In this document: positions 37,082 through 51,100 of the stretch, piece after piece | Numbering within the stretch: the stretch's first letter is position 1 | Layout of the letters: the number at the start of each line of letters is the position of its first letter | Source of the DNA: Felis catus | Taxonomy: Eukaryota | Assembly (NCBI RefSeq): GCF_018350175.1 | Contig: NC_058368.1 | Coordinates: 206,648,001 to 206,712,000, forward strand | Length of the DNA stretch: 64,000 nt | Direction: 5' to 3' | Notes under the pieces: model-generated | What the model was told of the DNA's origin: nothing | Databases searched by the model: none | The model's input: only the letters and a program-made list of their open reading frames with translations | Program-made: the position numbers and the translations under genes

Positions 37082-37454
37082 ACCAGGTATTCCTTAGCTG
37101 AGAACACAAAACAGTAAACATCAAGTTTTGCCTAGGAGAAGCTACACTTAGGAATAAAATATATATTAATATTATATAATAATATAGGCTAAAACCTACA
37201 TTAGGTTTTACCTAGGCTCAAACCAAAGAAATACCTATTTTCCTGTTGGAGTCTGCAGTATTTTGTTTTGCTTTTCTCTAGAAACTTATTTTTAATTAGA
37301 ATACCTGTATCTAAACCTGTTTAATTTCTAGTTTGTGTATGCAGAGATTCTATTGAATCTGGGGACACTTTTTCATACTATTCAAAAAACAGTCCATACT
37401 AGACTAATCTCCATTCTTTCCACTATTTAGAAGATGTGGGCAAATAGGTGTGGT

Positions 37455-37600
37455 CTTCATTCAGTCATTTATTGATTGATTGATTATTTATTTTGAAAAA
37501 TATATTGAGCACATGCTATGTGTTAGACATCATACTAGTATCTGAGGAAGAGAAATGAACAAGACAGTCCGTGCTTTCAGTGAGCTTTAGTCTAGTTATA
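37455..37600 (-). mobile_element. L2 3' end
   Basis: ttcattcagtcattt...tattgagcacatgctatgtgttagaca...atgaacaagacagtcc. Confidence 0.65.
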
Positions 37601-40059
37601 ATTATATATATTCTATTAATCCACATTTATGAAGTACATATTGCTTTTATCCTTTTAGTATTATGAAACAAGAATATTTTGTTCCAAAAGTACTTAAAAC
37701 CTTCAAGGTGCAAGACATGTAGTTGTAATTAGTTGCATTGGATGCTTTAGGAGTTGAGTAATAATGAGGGGCTCAGTTACAGCATGAGACTATGACGTTC
37801 AAAAGGGGCAGTCAATAATCAGAAATTCACTTGCATTGAACTCTGGAATGCATAGGACACTTTTTTTTTAAGGCAGCAGCTTGTTCTCATTAGAGACATA
37901 TACCTTGATTTACTGGTTATTTTGATTAGGCTATATGTATTCATTCTAGAAGTCCATGTTGAGTACCAGGGAGATCTGCCTAAAACTCAGATGATTTTTT
38001 TTTTAGAAGGAGCAAGGTGGTAGAAATCTGTCACTTTCTTATCTCATAGATGTATTATAGAGCTGAATATTCACTTCACCAGTCTTGGTGCCATGCCTTA
38101 GTCCTTCCCAAGTGAAACTCCTTTACTCATACAGCTCATATGGCAGGTCTAGGAGTACTGTGTGACCTCATAGACTTCCCTACCAAAATCCAGACACTGG
38201 CCCATGACCTGTATTTGGCCTGGTGTGAAAAGATGTATAGGCCAAACAGATTCTTGCTTGCTTGGCCTATACACTTCAAATTAGGAAATACAGAGGGAAG
38301 TGGGAGATATATCCAAGGACATACAAAGATAATTAAGCTATATGGTTGAGGTCATAAGTCAGGGTCAAGCTGGATGGAGTTTGAAGAAAGCAAGAAGTGT
38401 TAAGGAGAAACATAAGAAAATGTATGAAGGTGAAAAGAAAAAATGAAGTTGGTGATAGGATAGAAAAAGGCAAGCAGAGATATGAGTAACGTATCAGTGC
38501 AGGGTAGCCATAAAGTCCTAAAACAGTATTATTCCATCATGCATTGTAATGCAATACCAATAAACCATGTCTTAACGTGTTTGGCTATATTTGAAGACTT
38601 GATGTCCAGGCTGTAGGTGGAAATTCTGTAGCCTGGCTCTGCTGTGGATCCTACTCTAGATGTTTGACTTTTCCTGGATTCCTGTGCATTTTTATTCATA
38701 CAGCACACCTCCTCACCATCCCCAGCATTACTTCATTACTTGGGATAACTAGAGTGAGTCGTCTTTTCCTTGCAACCAGAAAATGCTAACTGAACCAGAC
38801 TCTTTGAGGGTGGAGCACATTTCCTAACATGGATTGGTATACTTACTTTGAGTTTTCTTTGTTCTTACTTTTCTTGTGATCTGTGAAATATTTTAGCTTC
38901 TAGAATTTGTAAAACTTACATTTTCTTAATGTTGCACATCGATTAGTACTTTTTTCCATGTAAATATTTCTACCACATTATAAACTGCAGTGTTTGATTT
39001 AAACCATAGATTTGTATTTACAGCACGGAAAACAAACTGTTCAGTTTACTTCTGACCATCTAATAATAACTATAATATCATGCTTGCCAAAACCTCCATT
39101 AAAGACATATGTCTTGACTCATTGATTCCAATAATAGGAAAAAGCACCATTTCCCAGCAACGGGAGATTTGATGTTGCTTTTGAGGAGGAGAAAAAAAAG
39201 GATCCAACCAAAATATTTATCTAGCATGGGAACTCTAGGAAGCCCTCAGTAGCAGGTAAAATTCTAGGATTCCCCAGTAGAATAGGTATCAAGAGTTTTC
39301 GAAGGGGTATAAATTGTCTGATAGTGAGAACAAGGTACAGACAGATGAGACCAGTAACAAAATAAAGTCGAACTTACAGTTATATAAACTTGAAGAATGG
39401 GGGCATGAAGAAGAGAGGCAAAAATAAAACAAATTTCAGACTAAGAATAGTAATAATTAAACCCAAATTTTATACTCAGATTCTCAGTAACCCAGGCAAG
39501 ACAGAAACTAGATGACATGGTTCTCATTGGTTGACAATAGAATATACCATATATTCGCTTATTAAAAGAATAAGCTTTATCCTGTTCCTTTTATCTCAGG
39601 AAAATGTATCATGAGATTCTTATATAGACAGCATTGAATTTCAAAATTATGAATCTCAACATATGGGCTGGACACCAAGTCTATAAATATATTAAAACAC
39701 AAAATTATGCACTAAATAGCATTTTTAAGATGAAAAATCCACATGAATTACACATCTAATGGTTTTTCACATTGGCCTTGGTGAAAGTCAAACTCTAAAG
39801 ATAAATTTATGGAGGTTTGGGGTAGACATTGAGTGATATGCTCAAGATACATTGCTGTTATGTGCTTTCTTTGGGTACAGAGTAAGACTTATCCCCCTGA
39901 ATATCCATGAGCTGAATATAAGGCTCAGTTGAAATATAGGGGACTAAAAAGCATCCTTGGCTTCCGATTGAGAGAAGATTGACAGGATTTGATGGTATGC
40001 GTAATAAAGAGAGCATAAAATTGAGGATTTAAGGATCCTATGAAACACATTGCCCTCTG

Positions 40060-40550
40060 ATCCCCCTTCAGTCTTTTTTCTCTCTTCTTCCTGTCCTATC
40101 AAAGCTCTTCCTCACTGAGGCTAGTTTTAATCAGGTGCTTATCATATTAAAAATTAAGAACAAATTGGGAATGATCTTCATCTTCTCCAGAATCTGCTCA
40201 TCTTCCTGTATTTTCTCACTTAATCCAGAAATGTCTCATTATTTTTCTCCTTATTTCTAATTGTACACAATCCATTATATGCCAAGACATTCATTCTGCC
40301 ACATTAATAATTTTCAGTTCCATCTTATTCTATCTCTTTGCTGCTGTATTACTTTATGACTTTATCGTTTCTCAACTAGATTATTGTAAGTATTCTAAAT
40401 CATTTACAAATAAGTTTTTGTATGATTCTACAGTGATCTTTCTAAAATGTCAATTTTGGCTTCTGCTTATAACCATTCAACACCTCCCTCCAGTATTAAA
40501 CATGAAGCATGGCAGATAATGCCCTAAATCATCCAGGTTTTGCTTATAGC
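40060..40550 (+). mobile_element. L2 fragment
   Basis: ttctcaactagattattgtaag...cagtgatctttctaaaatg. Confidence 0.45.
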
Positions 40551-40719
40551 CCTAGATATATTTTGGCATTCTAATATAAACTCCTGTTAACAAGGGACAT
40601 CATGCTAGGTACCAGTGGGAGCCAGGACATCCTGAGGATGTTTATTTCCAGAGTTACATTTCATAAGGAAATGTAAGCCACACATTTCTTATGCCAACAT
40701 CCACCATTTTGGGGGAAAT

Positions 40720-40790
40720 ATATAGATATAGATATAGATATAGATATAGATATAGATATAGATATAGATAAAAATAGATATAGATAAAAT
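40720..40790. repeat. (ATATAG)n hexanucleotide repeat
   Basis: Seen directly. Confidence 0.95.
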
Positions 40791-41789
40791 ATACATATAT
40801 ATATAATTGGATTTAATTAAGCATTAAATTAAGTCAGACATTTTGTCTCTTTTTTTCTGCTAACTAATGACTTGGATCCAAGGGAAAGTCATTTATTTAA
40901 TGAAAAATTTAGAAATTAAAATGTGGTAGCACGTTAGCATGATTTAAATTTTGTGAACTTGCTGCATGCACAGTAAGAAAAAGAAGTATTCAGAAAAGCA
41001 CACTTTAGTTATAGGGGCTATTTACCAGAATGTGTGCAGAAAATTTCCATAAACTAGGTCTCTATGTTACAGGAAAGCTTTCAACAAGTACTTTTTCTTC
41101 CCATGGCCTCATATTCATTGTTTTCCCCTTCACCTCTGCATGCTGTTGTTTTTGTGACACTATTAGATTTTGCTTTTTCAACAAAGATAGCAGACAGCAT
41201 AAGTTATTTCTGGAAACTAACATTTTACTTTTGTCCTCCTGCTTTACATCCTGCTGGTCTTTGCCAGAAGTCCCTGGTTGCCTGGTATAAGAAAACATCA
41301 TAATTATCTCATTAATATTTGGTCCTGGCCTCCCTGCTAATCAGGTTAGTATTGCTGAGAATTCAAAGGAAGAGAACAGAAATCTACTAGGAAGGAATAA
41401 ATTGGTCTTCAGACATAATTCTAATAAGCTGCCCAGGAACCAAAGTTTGTCTGCTTGGTGAAATAGGAGATCATGTAGAATGTAGATTTATGTGGAGAGT
41501 ATAGCTCCTTCAATTTAACTAGTCTATACTCAAGGCTTCTGGAGGGCAGAGAATATGCTCTTAGCCCTGCCTTCAGTACCTTGTCTGTTGTGGGCTCTCA
41601 CGTTTGGTGATTGTTCCAAAGATAAGCAAATTCTGAAGTGAATTTTATTTTCCCTCTCCATCCTCTCTGAATTCACTTACCACTTCTCAGAATGTTTCCC
41701 GAGTAGAAAGCAGTCTGCACTACATATGCTCAAATGGGCTGTTGTAACTGTGGAGGTAAATTTTTGACCTCCTATCTATCATTCACAGG

Positions 41790-41848
41790 GTATTATTGTT
41801 ATTATTACTGTTACTATTATTGCTACTACTACTACTATTATTACTATT
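41790..41848. repeat. (TAT/TAC)n low-complexity repeat
   Basis: Seen directly. Confidence 0.8.
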
Positions 41849-42240
41849 TAAAGTCCTTGGTCTTTTAAAGTATAATAGACATGTTTGCTGAATGCTGGAG
41901 TATGGTATTTGACACTCAGTTACTCTGGGTTATATATGTGACTATAATGGATAAAACTAATTCAGGTAATAAAGCTACTTGTGGCTGAGGTAAATGAGAC
42001 ACTAGAGCAATAATTGTTGCAACATTTAAATCAAAGCAAGTATTGCTGGTCACTATGGCTTTGAAATATATTCTAGAACAACTGACTTTTGCAATAACTC
42101 CATAAAAGACAAGCTAGTTCAAAAAGGATTTTTCTTTTCCACTAGGCATAGTATTATTAGACAGATGGCATTATGTAGATATTCATATTAAATATAAATT
42201 CCCTAAATTTCTTGGTGAATATTGACAGAGCATGTTCTTT

Positions 42241-43098
42241 GTTTGTTTTATTCTCAAGTTAGCTAAACACAGCATAGTCTTGGCTTCAGGAGTAGATTCC
42301 AATGATTCATCACTTACATACAATACCCAGTGCTCATCCCAACAAATGCCCTCCTCAATGCCCATTCATCCATTTTCCCCAGCTCTCCATTCTCCCCCAC
42401 CCCAATCAACCCTCAGTTTGTTCTTTCTATTTATGAGTCTCTTATGGTTTGCCTGCTTCTCTGTTTTTATCTTATTTTTCCTTCCCTTCCCTTTCCCTAT
42501 GTTCATCTGTTGAATTTCTCAAATTCCACATATGAGTGAAATCATAGGATACCTGTCTTTCTCTGACTTATTTCACTTAGCATAATATCCTCCGGTTCCA
42601 TCCACGTTGTTGCAAATGGCAAGATTTCATTCTTTTTTTTTTTTTTTTTTCACCAAGTAGTATTCCATTGTATATGTGTACCACATCTTCTGTATCCATT
42701 CATCAGCCAATGAACATTTGGGCTCTTTCCATAATTTGGCTCTTGTTGATGGCACTGCTATCAACATTGGGGTGCATGTGCCCCTTCAAATCACATTTTT
42801 GTATCGTTGGATAAACATCTAGTAGTGTCATTGATGGGCTGTCGGGTAGCTCTATTTTTAATTTTTTTGAGGAACCTCCATACTTTGCCAGAGTGACTGC
42901 ACCAGTTTGCATTCCCACCAATAGTGCAAAAGGTTTCCTCTTTCTCCACATCCTCGCCAACAACTGTTGTTTCCTGAGTTGTTAATTTTAGCCACTCTGA
43001 CTGGTGTGAGGTGGTATCTAACTGTGGTTTTGATTTGTATTTCCCCGGTGATGACCAATGTCGAGCATCTTTTCATGTGTCTGTTTGCCATCTGGATG
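42241..43098 (-). mobile_element. 5'-truncated carnivore L1 3' end
   Basis: ORF2 C-terminus ([13 protein letters not shown]...[22 protein letters not shown]); 18-bp TSD tgacagagcatgt(t/c)cttt (42223 / 43099). Confidence 0.96.
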
Positions 43099-43453
43099 TG
43101 ACAGAGCATGTCCTTTATGTCCATACTCACTGTGTTTGTTGATGTGGCCTCTCTAATGAGTGAATGGGAACCTGCCTATTGCTTATATTCTTTCTGGAAT
43201 TTTCATACACAAAGATACAAATTCCAAGAGTAGCTAGTCAATAGAATAGTCCAAAGAGGTCTTATCTTGCAACTAAGTTCTTTAATTACTCCTGGGAAAT
43301 AGATGGCTGAGCAACTCCTTTGAACTCTGATTTAGCACTTTCAATCTGGTAAGATAATTGGAACCACTTTAGTTTTGCTATTTTTATATACACTATTTGT
43401 AAAATTATAAGATCTGTTATTTATTTGTTGAAAATGCCACAATTAACCCAAAT

Positions 43454-43582
43454 GTTTGTTTGTTTGTTTACCTATTTATTTATTTATTTTTAAGTAAACT
43501 CTGTGCCCAACGTGGGGCTTGAACTGATGACCCTGAGATCAAGAGCCACATGCTCTACTGACCCAACAAGCCAGGTGTCCCC
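43454..43582 (-). mobile_element. Short older Can-SINE (SINEC_old-like)
   Basis: aagtaaactctgtgcccaacgtggggcttgaact...gagatcaagagcc...ccaggtgtcccc; same type as 5494-5621. Confidence 0.85.
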
Positions 43583-43696
43583 AACTGTCATTTTTTAGTC
43601 TAATTAAAATGTGTTCTGATACTCAGACTTGACTATTTTGTTTACCATCTGGAAGCAAGCAGTGTGAAGAATCATGGGGGTTTTGTTTGTTTTGAT

Positions 43697-43731
<35 letters not shown>
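43697..43731. repeat. (TTG)n microsatellite
   Basis: Seen directly. Confidence 0.95.
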
Positions 43732-44363
43732 CCTGATCACCAGATCACCCCCAATATGCTGTGGTTACAGAAGCCATGGTCACTTGATAGAGAAGCAGTC
43801 CTTGCAGTTGAATTTCTCAGGAATCTCTATGAACAGTTATTTATTTTCCTGAAGAAAAAGTAGGTAGTACCATAAGCAAAATGTGTAATTTTTGGTTTCC
43901 CACTGAATCTGAAAATGGCAGAGCTCATGGAGAGTAGTGAGGGATAAAAATACAATGCATTGAATTGGATATGAAACATGCAGCAGGCTGCTTCTTTTTG
44001 CTATTATTCCAGTCATAATAAAATAGCATGTACTCAAAGTCATTTTGTTTTCTGCAGCAAATTCTTTGATGCACAAAGGAACCTAAGGTTGATGTAGCAT
44101 TGTATGAGGCTTGTTAGAAAGTTCTTTAAGCCATTTCCTTCTTCCATCAATGTGTTGTTTCATCACAGTGTTTTTTTTTTTAGATAAAATAAGGACCAAG
44201 AAAGCTATTCTCTGATACAATAATTAGGAAAGAACATTGACTTCCTGATTTTCAACTTGTAAAAATGTTGCTAAGCCAAAGTAGATAATTTCTAGAGGAC
44301 TCAATAAGTACTTTGACTTTTCATGGTGAAATTGCCTCCCGGACATTTTAAGGTCTAACCACC

Positions 44364-44807
44364 TGCTGGAAATGAAGAAGTTACCCTTTAAGGTCCTTCT
44401 AGCCAGACTAAGAATCAAATTGACACAAGACAGATTAACAGCAGAAAATAAAATATAATAGTGTATGTACAGGGAATCCACACAGACATGGAAATTCCAA
44501 AGGTAGTCAGGCAACATGATGCTTACATGAACTAAGGAGAAGAGTAGGGGTCTGAGGATATAAGGAGAAAGACCATTAGCAGGAAGATGAAAGATGTTTG
44601 GAAAAGAGAGATTGTACTGTTATGTAGATAAGTTTCTTAGGTAAAGAGGAATCTCTGTTAATAGCTTCCTATGTGGTACAGGCAGGCAGTTGAGGGGGAG
44701 GTAAAGAGCTTTTCTTGAATCTACTGGGTTTTAATTGCTTTTAATTAAAAATAATGTTCATACCAAGGAGGCCAATCTTGGGGTGGCCTGCCCTTGGCCC
44801 CTATGCA
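44364..44807 (-). mobile_element. ERV1-type solo LTR (carnivore MER34-like)
   Basis: aagaatcaaattgacacaagacagattaacag...ttttaattgcttttaattaaaaataat...ccaaggaggc...ttggggtggc...cccta. Confidence 0.7.
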
Positions 44808-45334
44808 TGTAAAGAATAGATAATATTTTAAAGCAACCAATAAATAGGAATGAATCAGATCTCTTGTCTTATTTTATGCCAAACTTTCCTGACCTTTTTC
44901 TAATTTTCTAATCAACCCACTGTATATTTTTTACCTTTCCCTCTGAATCTTTTTGGTGTTCTCTCAAGTTCTCTTTTTTAGCCTTTTTCTCACTCTGTAT
45001 TTTCTCCCCAGGCAATCTCAACAACTCTTACCACTTCAACTATCCTGAATGATTTGAAAACTATAACTAATCTCAACAACATTTTCTTGTGGTCCAGACC
45101 TCCAAAATGATAACAGTGGAGAAAACAAAAGTTTGGCCATATCACACAATTTGCCTAGGGTTACTTAGATAAGCCAATGACCAAGCTAGGTTTTAGATTC
45201 TGACAGTTTGATTCTAAAGTGAGTGCTTTTCAACCACAGAGACCTGTCTATCAACCACATGCTAAGCATTTTCCTTTGAATCTCCTACAGGCCTCTTACA
45301 GCCAATATGTAAGTCTAATTCCCCTTTGGCAATT

Positions 45335-46020
45335 AATTCATGCATTCAACCAATAAGAAATTTATCAAGCATCTCTGAGAGCTAGAGTGAAGCCTATGCA
45401 TTGAGGATGAACTGTTGAACAAAATAGTGGTCCCTGTATTTATAGAGTTTATTATTTAGAGAGGGAAAACTCATTAATCACATCATTATGCAAATAGACA
45501 ATTAATTCCATAAGTGCTAAGAGGATCAACTGCAATATGCTGTGAAGAGAACTGCCTTCTTTGAGGGAAGTAGGAAGAGGGACTGGAAGAAACTCTCCCC
45601 TGACAGATTGCCTAAGCTAAAATTAAAAGAATGAGTAATAGCTACCTAGGCAGAAGATGACATCCGGGCAGAAATTACAACATCTACAAAGGCCCTGAGG
45701 CCAGAGGAGTGGGGGGAAGCCAGCATACTAGAGGGACTGGGATGAAGATTGGTATATCTGAGGGAATGGCAAAAGTTGCAGTGTAGACTAGGTGAGAAGG
45801 ACAAGACCATGTAGGGCCCTCTAAGATGTATTATGTATTTTCCTTTTCTTAAGGCCAGTTTTCACAGGTCATTAGGGGGGCTCAATCATTGTAGTGAAAG
45901 AATGAAATTTATACTTTGAAAAAATCACTGTGGCTGCTGTTGAGAGAGTGAATTGGAGGAAAAAAGAGTAGATTCAGGGGAACCAATGAGCAGATATTTC
46001 AGTGGACTAGGTAGTAGTAT
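45335..46020 (-). mobile_element. L2 fragment with 3' end
   Basis: ttcatgcattcaac...tttatcaagcatct...tggtccctgtatttatagagttt...aaaggccctgagg...aaaatcactgtggctgctg. Confidence 0.7.
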
Positions 46021-46509
46021 TTTGGTAGTATTTTTCTCTCATTACTGTTGTGTAGAGAAGGATGGCAGCCTTAGAGATGAAGATAAAAAACACCCAAATC
46101 TACCTGACCATTTAAGCAACAATCTTGGGGTCATCTCAACTTCATTTTTCCCCCTATTTCTATCATCCAGTTATTCTTCTGCTGATTTTGCTTCAACATC
46201 TTTTGTATCTTTTCCCACATCTCCATTTGCTTTTGACATTTTTGGAAGACATATTTTAAGACTGTCCATCCTTATTCCTTCACTTTTTTGTTTTCCTTCT
46301 GAATGCAATTTTAGCCATTTCCACCCCCAAGCCTGGCCCAGGCTGGTCCCTGTTACTAGCACATCCATATGATCCCCTGGTTCTCTGCAGTGTACCTTCA
46401 GGACAGCAGTCTCTTTAAGGAGTGCCCGTGCTTTAACCTAGTTTCTATTTATATTACTTGAATGTAGGCCAGAAGGAGGGGAGAGGATTGTAGCACCACT
46501 CCATGTTGG

Positions 46510-46940
46510 CCTATGATGGAAGTGATGGTGCTATTGACTCTAAGAGGGGTGATCAGATTTTTGAGGAACTTGATAAGTTCAGTCTTCAAATGATGTCGAA
46601 TCTGAAATATTTGTAGAATACATAGAAGACAATAGAAAATATGGGTTTGGAGCTTATAGAAAAGTCTAGGCTAGTTATGACAGTTAAAAACAAGAGTGAC
46701 TGTTGAAACCATGAGTTTAGATAAGTTTCCTTGAGAGAAGTGAACATATTGAGGAGAGGGCTGAGGATAAAGCTCAATGGAACACTCACTTATGAAAGGG
46801 CAGTGGAAGAATAGAATCCCGGAAGCGTATTGGGGAACAGCTGCCAGAAAGGTAGGGGAAAATGGGGGGAGGGTAGCCGTGCAGAAATGATGGAAGGGGA
46901 GAGTTTCAAGAAAAACAGAGTGGTCACCATGTAAATGATA
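46510..46940 (-). mobile_element. L2 fragment
   Basis: gataagttcagt...gaaaagtctagggctag...gagagtttcaagaa...gtggtca. Confidence 0.6.
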
Positions 46941-47809
46941 CCAGTTGTATTATCTGGTCAACAAAGTTCTCTCTACTTGGGAAGCACCTCTTCACTATCC
47001 CATGCAGTCCAAATGGTACTCCCAGTCCCAGTGTTCTGCCTGCATGGTGACACAAGATAAATATAAAACTCAGACCAGATTTCCCTCTTCACAGCGATTG
47101 GTTCAAATAAGTAGAAATATGGTAGAAGCAGAAGCTGAATTCTTCCATGTGAAAGTGGTTTCCCAAACCATGTCGATACTGTTTTGTTTCGTTTTTATTA
47201 TTATTTTTTATTTTTATTTTTAAAGTCACAAAAAGCTCCTATGGGCATATAAGCCAGCTGTCAGTCTTTTAAGTGGATTAAGGGATCCAGATCCTAGAAT
47301 CTACCATTTGATAATTAACCTTAATTTTCCTGGTTAGATTTTGATATGAAATTAACTGATGAGTTAATAAAAAAAAGCATTTTGAATATATTCTTAAATA
47401 TGAAATACTTGAATAATACTGACTTGAGTGATTCTTTTATCTGGGACGCTATTTGCAAGAGACATATGTTACAGTAATAGTGACACTCTGAAGTGACACT
47501 ATTATAATAGGAAAAAGAAATGATGGTTCATTTATAAACCTTTTCTTTAGATCTAATGAAAATCCAGGGTTGGTCATCATGTCAAATTATAATATTCAAT
47601 TCACAGGACTGTCTCTCAACCTCAGACTATCTCATTAATCATCTTCAGTCATGAAAGAAAATGTTTTCATTCTTGATGGATGATCATAAGGATAATACCA
47701 GGCCACATCCTGAATATTTCACGCATGGGACTTCTACAATTTGTTTCCCTAAGGTCATTCTTATGAAGTCTTAACTATACTTTCTCTCTACCTACTAACT
47801 AATCTGAAA

Positions 47810-47970
47810 GGTGAAGAGAATCATAGATTTTTAGATTAGGATTCTTTAGAGATTATCTAAAATCTGAATCCTCTTCTGTTACAGATGAAGAAAATGAGGC
47901 TGAATTGCCCAAGTTCACTCACTGGGAGGCAGGAATTGTACTAATTCTCAGTCCAGTGTCACCTTGCCAT
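47810..47970 (-). mobile_element. MIR (MIR3/MIRc-like)
   Basis: gaatcatagattt...ttagagattatct...ttacagatgaagaaaatgaggc...ttgcccaagttcac. Confidence 0.7.
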
Positions 47971-48659
47971 GCTGGTGACATGCATGTCCCTTAATTATCG
48001 AAGCCTCTGACTTAAAATGACTAGGATGGCTTCATTATTAAATGTTTTGAGCTGTAAGGTTAAGTAGGGGTTCACATAAATAATATGGTTAATACTTTTT
48101 TGTGACCATGTGCTTTCTCTCTTCAGAATTGGGATATGCACGTTATTCACAGCAGCTAAGGAGACCCTGTTCTTTATAAAGGCTATGCAGCAGCTGCATG
48201 GTATCACTCTGGCTCTTAAAAGTTTATGAAGTAAAGCAAACTACTGAAATAGCATTAACTTTATTTTGTTTCTGAGAATTATTTTTGACTAATTGTATAT
48301 TTTGAACAAGATTAGTAACATTTCAGATTTCTGACCTGAGTCTGCTATTTTTACAACCACTATTATGAACGGTGGTGCCCTGTCCTATTTGTGGGCTATT
48401 AATATTGGGATTGTGGAGAATGGTCTGATATGTCCAGTTTAATTCAGTGTACTCCTGCAGACTTCCTCAAGGATGCCCCAGGAGGCCTGGAAGGTACATT
48501 AAAAACGTGCTTTTCGAGGACTGCTAGTTTCTAGTTCAGTAGACTTCATGAAATGGTCCACAGATAGGTACTTCAGGAGCTTTAGCACATTTAATTCTAT
48601 CATGCAGATAACATGGCCAGCATTGGCAGTGATCCCATAGTATCATGACCTGATGAACT

Positions 48660-49066
48660 TGAAAAGGGTTACCAAATTTACACAGCCTGATCGATCCCTC
48701 TTTAACAAAGGGCTTGTTGAGAGTGCAGTCAGCAGACGTCCTTCAGTTGTCAACCTCTTCAGAGATTACCTATTATACACAGCCATCTTGCCCAAGGTTA
48801 TACCCTTTCCCAGATAACCCATGTTCAATGGTTGATGGAGAATGAATTTCTGATTATCTTGGTCCAGCTCAGGACAACTCTGAATGCTCTTTCTAGCTTC
48901 AGAGTTCTCTGTTGCATCAGCCAAAGCTCTTTCTGGGTAGTTACTGTGGTTTTGACTTTTCTTTTTGCCTATTTATGCTTCTGCTTCTTCCCTTACCCAA
49001 AAATTGATCCTAAGGACATGCAAAACTAGTGCAGAGGCTGCTTCCCAGGGAATTCAACCTGGGATG
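48660..49066 (+). mobile_element. ERVL solo LTR (LTR16A-like)
   Basis: ttgcccaaggttatacccttt...ccagctcaggacaactctga...ttgatcctaagg...gctgcttcccagggaattcaacct. Confidence 0.8.
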
Positions 49067-50615
49067 TAAATATTTACTTTTTTCCTATCAGCTAAAATGT
49101 ATTGCCCAAAATCATCATCTATTTGCATGTTGGACAATTCCGTGCCTAGGAAAATATATTTTTAAAAGTAAACCTATTTTTCAGGATGATGGAAAGTAAT
49201 GCAGAAGCAGGAAGGATGAAGAAAACAGATAGCATGCCTCTGTATTTTATTAAAGCATGTGTCCCTACATACTAGATGCGGGGAGGGGTGTCTTGACCAG
49301 GCTGCAGCAGGTTACAGGCAAAGGACTCTAAATAGGTATGGACAGAAGTAATTTCTACAGTTTTGTTCCAGCTTGTTATTGGGGAAGTCATATGGCTGTA
49401 GGTGCTACAAGTGGGAAAGGGAACTGCTGGTCAGATTCTAACTGGTGCTGCCACTTGGCTGCTTTGATCAGTGGTTCTAGATGAAGGATTGAAATTTGTA
49501 CTTCCTAACCTACCAGTTCACTTGCCCATTTATTGTTTTTAGTAAGTGGGAATATTTATCACTGGCACTTTTGTTGGCATATAATGCTAGGTGTTTAGGG
49601 AAGGCAAGAGGTAAGGCAGAGGCAGTGGTTTCCAAAGGATACAAGACACTATGGAAAGTCTTTCACTTGGAATTAGCCAATAAATGCATTGCTTAGTGTG
49701 ACTACAGAAAACAATTTGACAAATTAAAGTTGTTTTGTGAGCAATTTTAGATCTGAAAAGAGACTTCAATCTAATCTAAAGCCTCAACTCATCAATAGTT
49801 TTTCAGGTTATGTCACTTTTAGAAAGAAATAGGAAATGGTAGTAAAATAAAATATTAAGAAATTTGTTCAATAAAAAATACCAACCTCTCATTTTATTTT
49901 GGAACTAGTCTATATTCATTTAAATTTTTTGAAGAATTTGCATCTACATGGTCAATGCTAAAAATTACTGAGTTTACAGTCACCCTGACTCCTAGGAGAT
50001 AAAATTTCTGTATTAAAATGATAGCCCTGACTCAGGTAAGAACTTTAAATAGTAATGACTGACTCGATTATTTTTATAAGAGAGATATCAATTTACCATA
50101 AACACGAATGAATGAAACAAAATGGTTTCTGATTTATCTCCTTGTTAACTGGAAAATTCAGTTAACAAGAAAATTCTGTACACCGAGGGGTCTTGTTGAA
50201 ACTTTCATTAATCATATCTATTCTTATAGGGGTAAAGGAGTCTTTGAAAGTACTCTTCCCTTGGGATCAAATTCAGATCTAACAAAAGTGCTGAAGAAAT
50301 ACCCTTCTTAAAGAAAAAAAATCTTTCTTGTTTGGATGAATGACCTAAGGGTAGGTTGGAAATAAAAATGGTAAAATATCACCTAAAAGCAGAGAACATT
50401 GAACATCACCTAGAAGACAAAGAAACATTGCCAAGTGCATTATTTATGAGATGAACATGTAAAAACTATTGAGTGGAGCATGAGGAAAGACATTTGGCTT
50501 TGGAATTAAAGGTCTAAAAATTTAGTACTGGGAACTATGTATGTAGGTATGCATGTATGGTCTCTCTAAACAAGAGAAATCTCAAGTATGTTTTCATTAA
50601 AAGTACTTGTGTAGA

Positions 50616-50808
50616 GGGACGCCTGGGTAGCTCATATGGTTAAGCATCTGACTCATGATTTTGGGTCATGTCATGATCTCATGGTTTGTGAGTTCGAGCA
50701 CTATGTAGGGCTCTGTGCTGATGGCATGGAGCCTGCTTGGGATTCTCTCGCTCTGCCCCTCCCATGCTTGTGCTCTCTCTCGCTCTCTTAAAATAAAGAG
50801 ACATTAAA
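50616..50808 (+). mobile_element. Can-SINE
   Basis: TSD aaaagtactt(g/a)tgtaga (50599-50615 / 50809-50825). Confidence 0.95.
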
Positions 50809-50959
50809 AAAAGTACTTATGTAGAAGAGATACTATAATAGCAATAATTGCTACAATTATTTATTCAATACATCTTTTGATTTTTATCTTGTTTTTTATA
50901 ATTTTATGATTTTTAAATATATGTATAAATTTTATTTAACTCTACAATTTCCTATTATT

Positions 50960-51100
50960 TTAGAATTATTACTCTATTTTACACATGAGAAAAGTAGAGG
51001 ACCAAAAAGCTAACATTTATCCAAACTCACATTTTTTAATTGGTAAAGGAGTCATGGAATTTAAACCTCCTCCTGACCTCAAAGCCTCTTCCAGCCACCA
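50960..51100 (-). mobile_element. MIR fragment
   Basis: attattactctattttacacatgagaaaagtagag...cctgacctcaaagcc. Confidence 0.5.

Noticed and set aside
36846..37097. SINE flanks that look inverted (aaggaat...ctggt / accag...attcctt) instead of a direct TSD
   Set aside because: The match is short and gapped; a decayed ordinary TSD explains it equally well.
41030..41303. Overlapping 79-86 aa ORFs in non-repeat DNA
   Set aside because: Lengths are consistent with chance; no family similarity or convincing splice structure.
47403..47419. 17-mer aaatacttgaataatac shared with the minisatellite at ~14972
   Set aside because: Very AT-rich with no flanking similarity; most likely coincidence.
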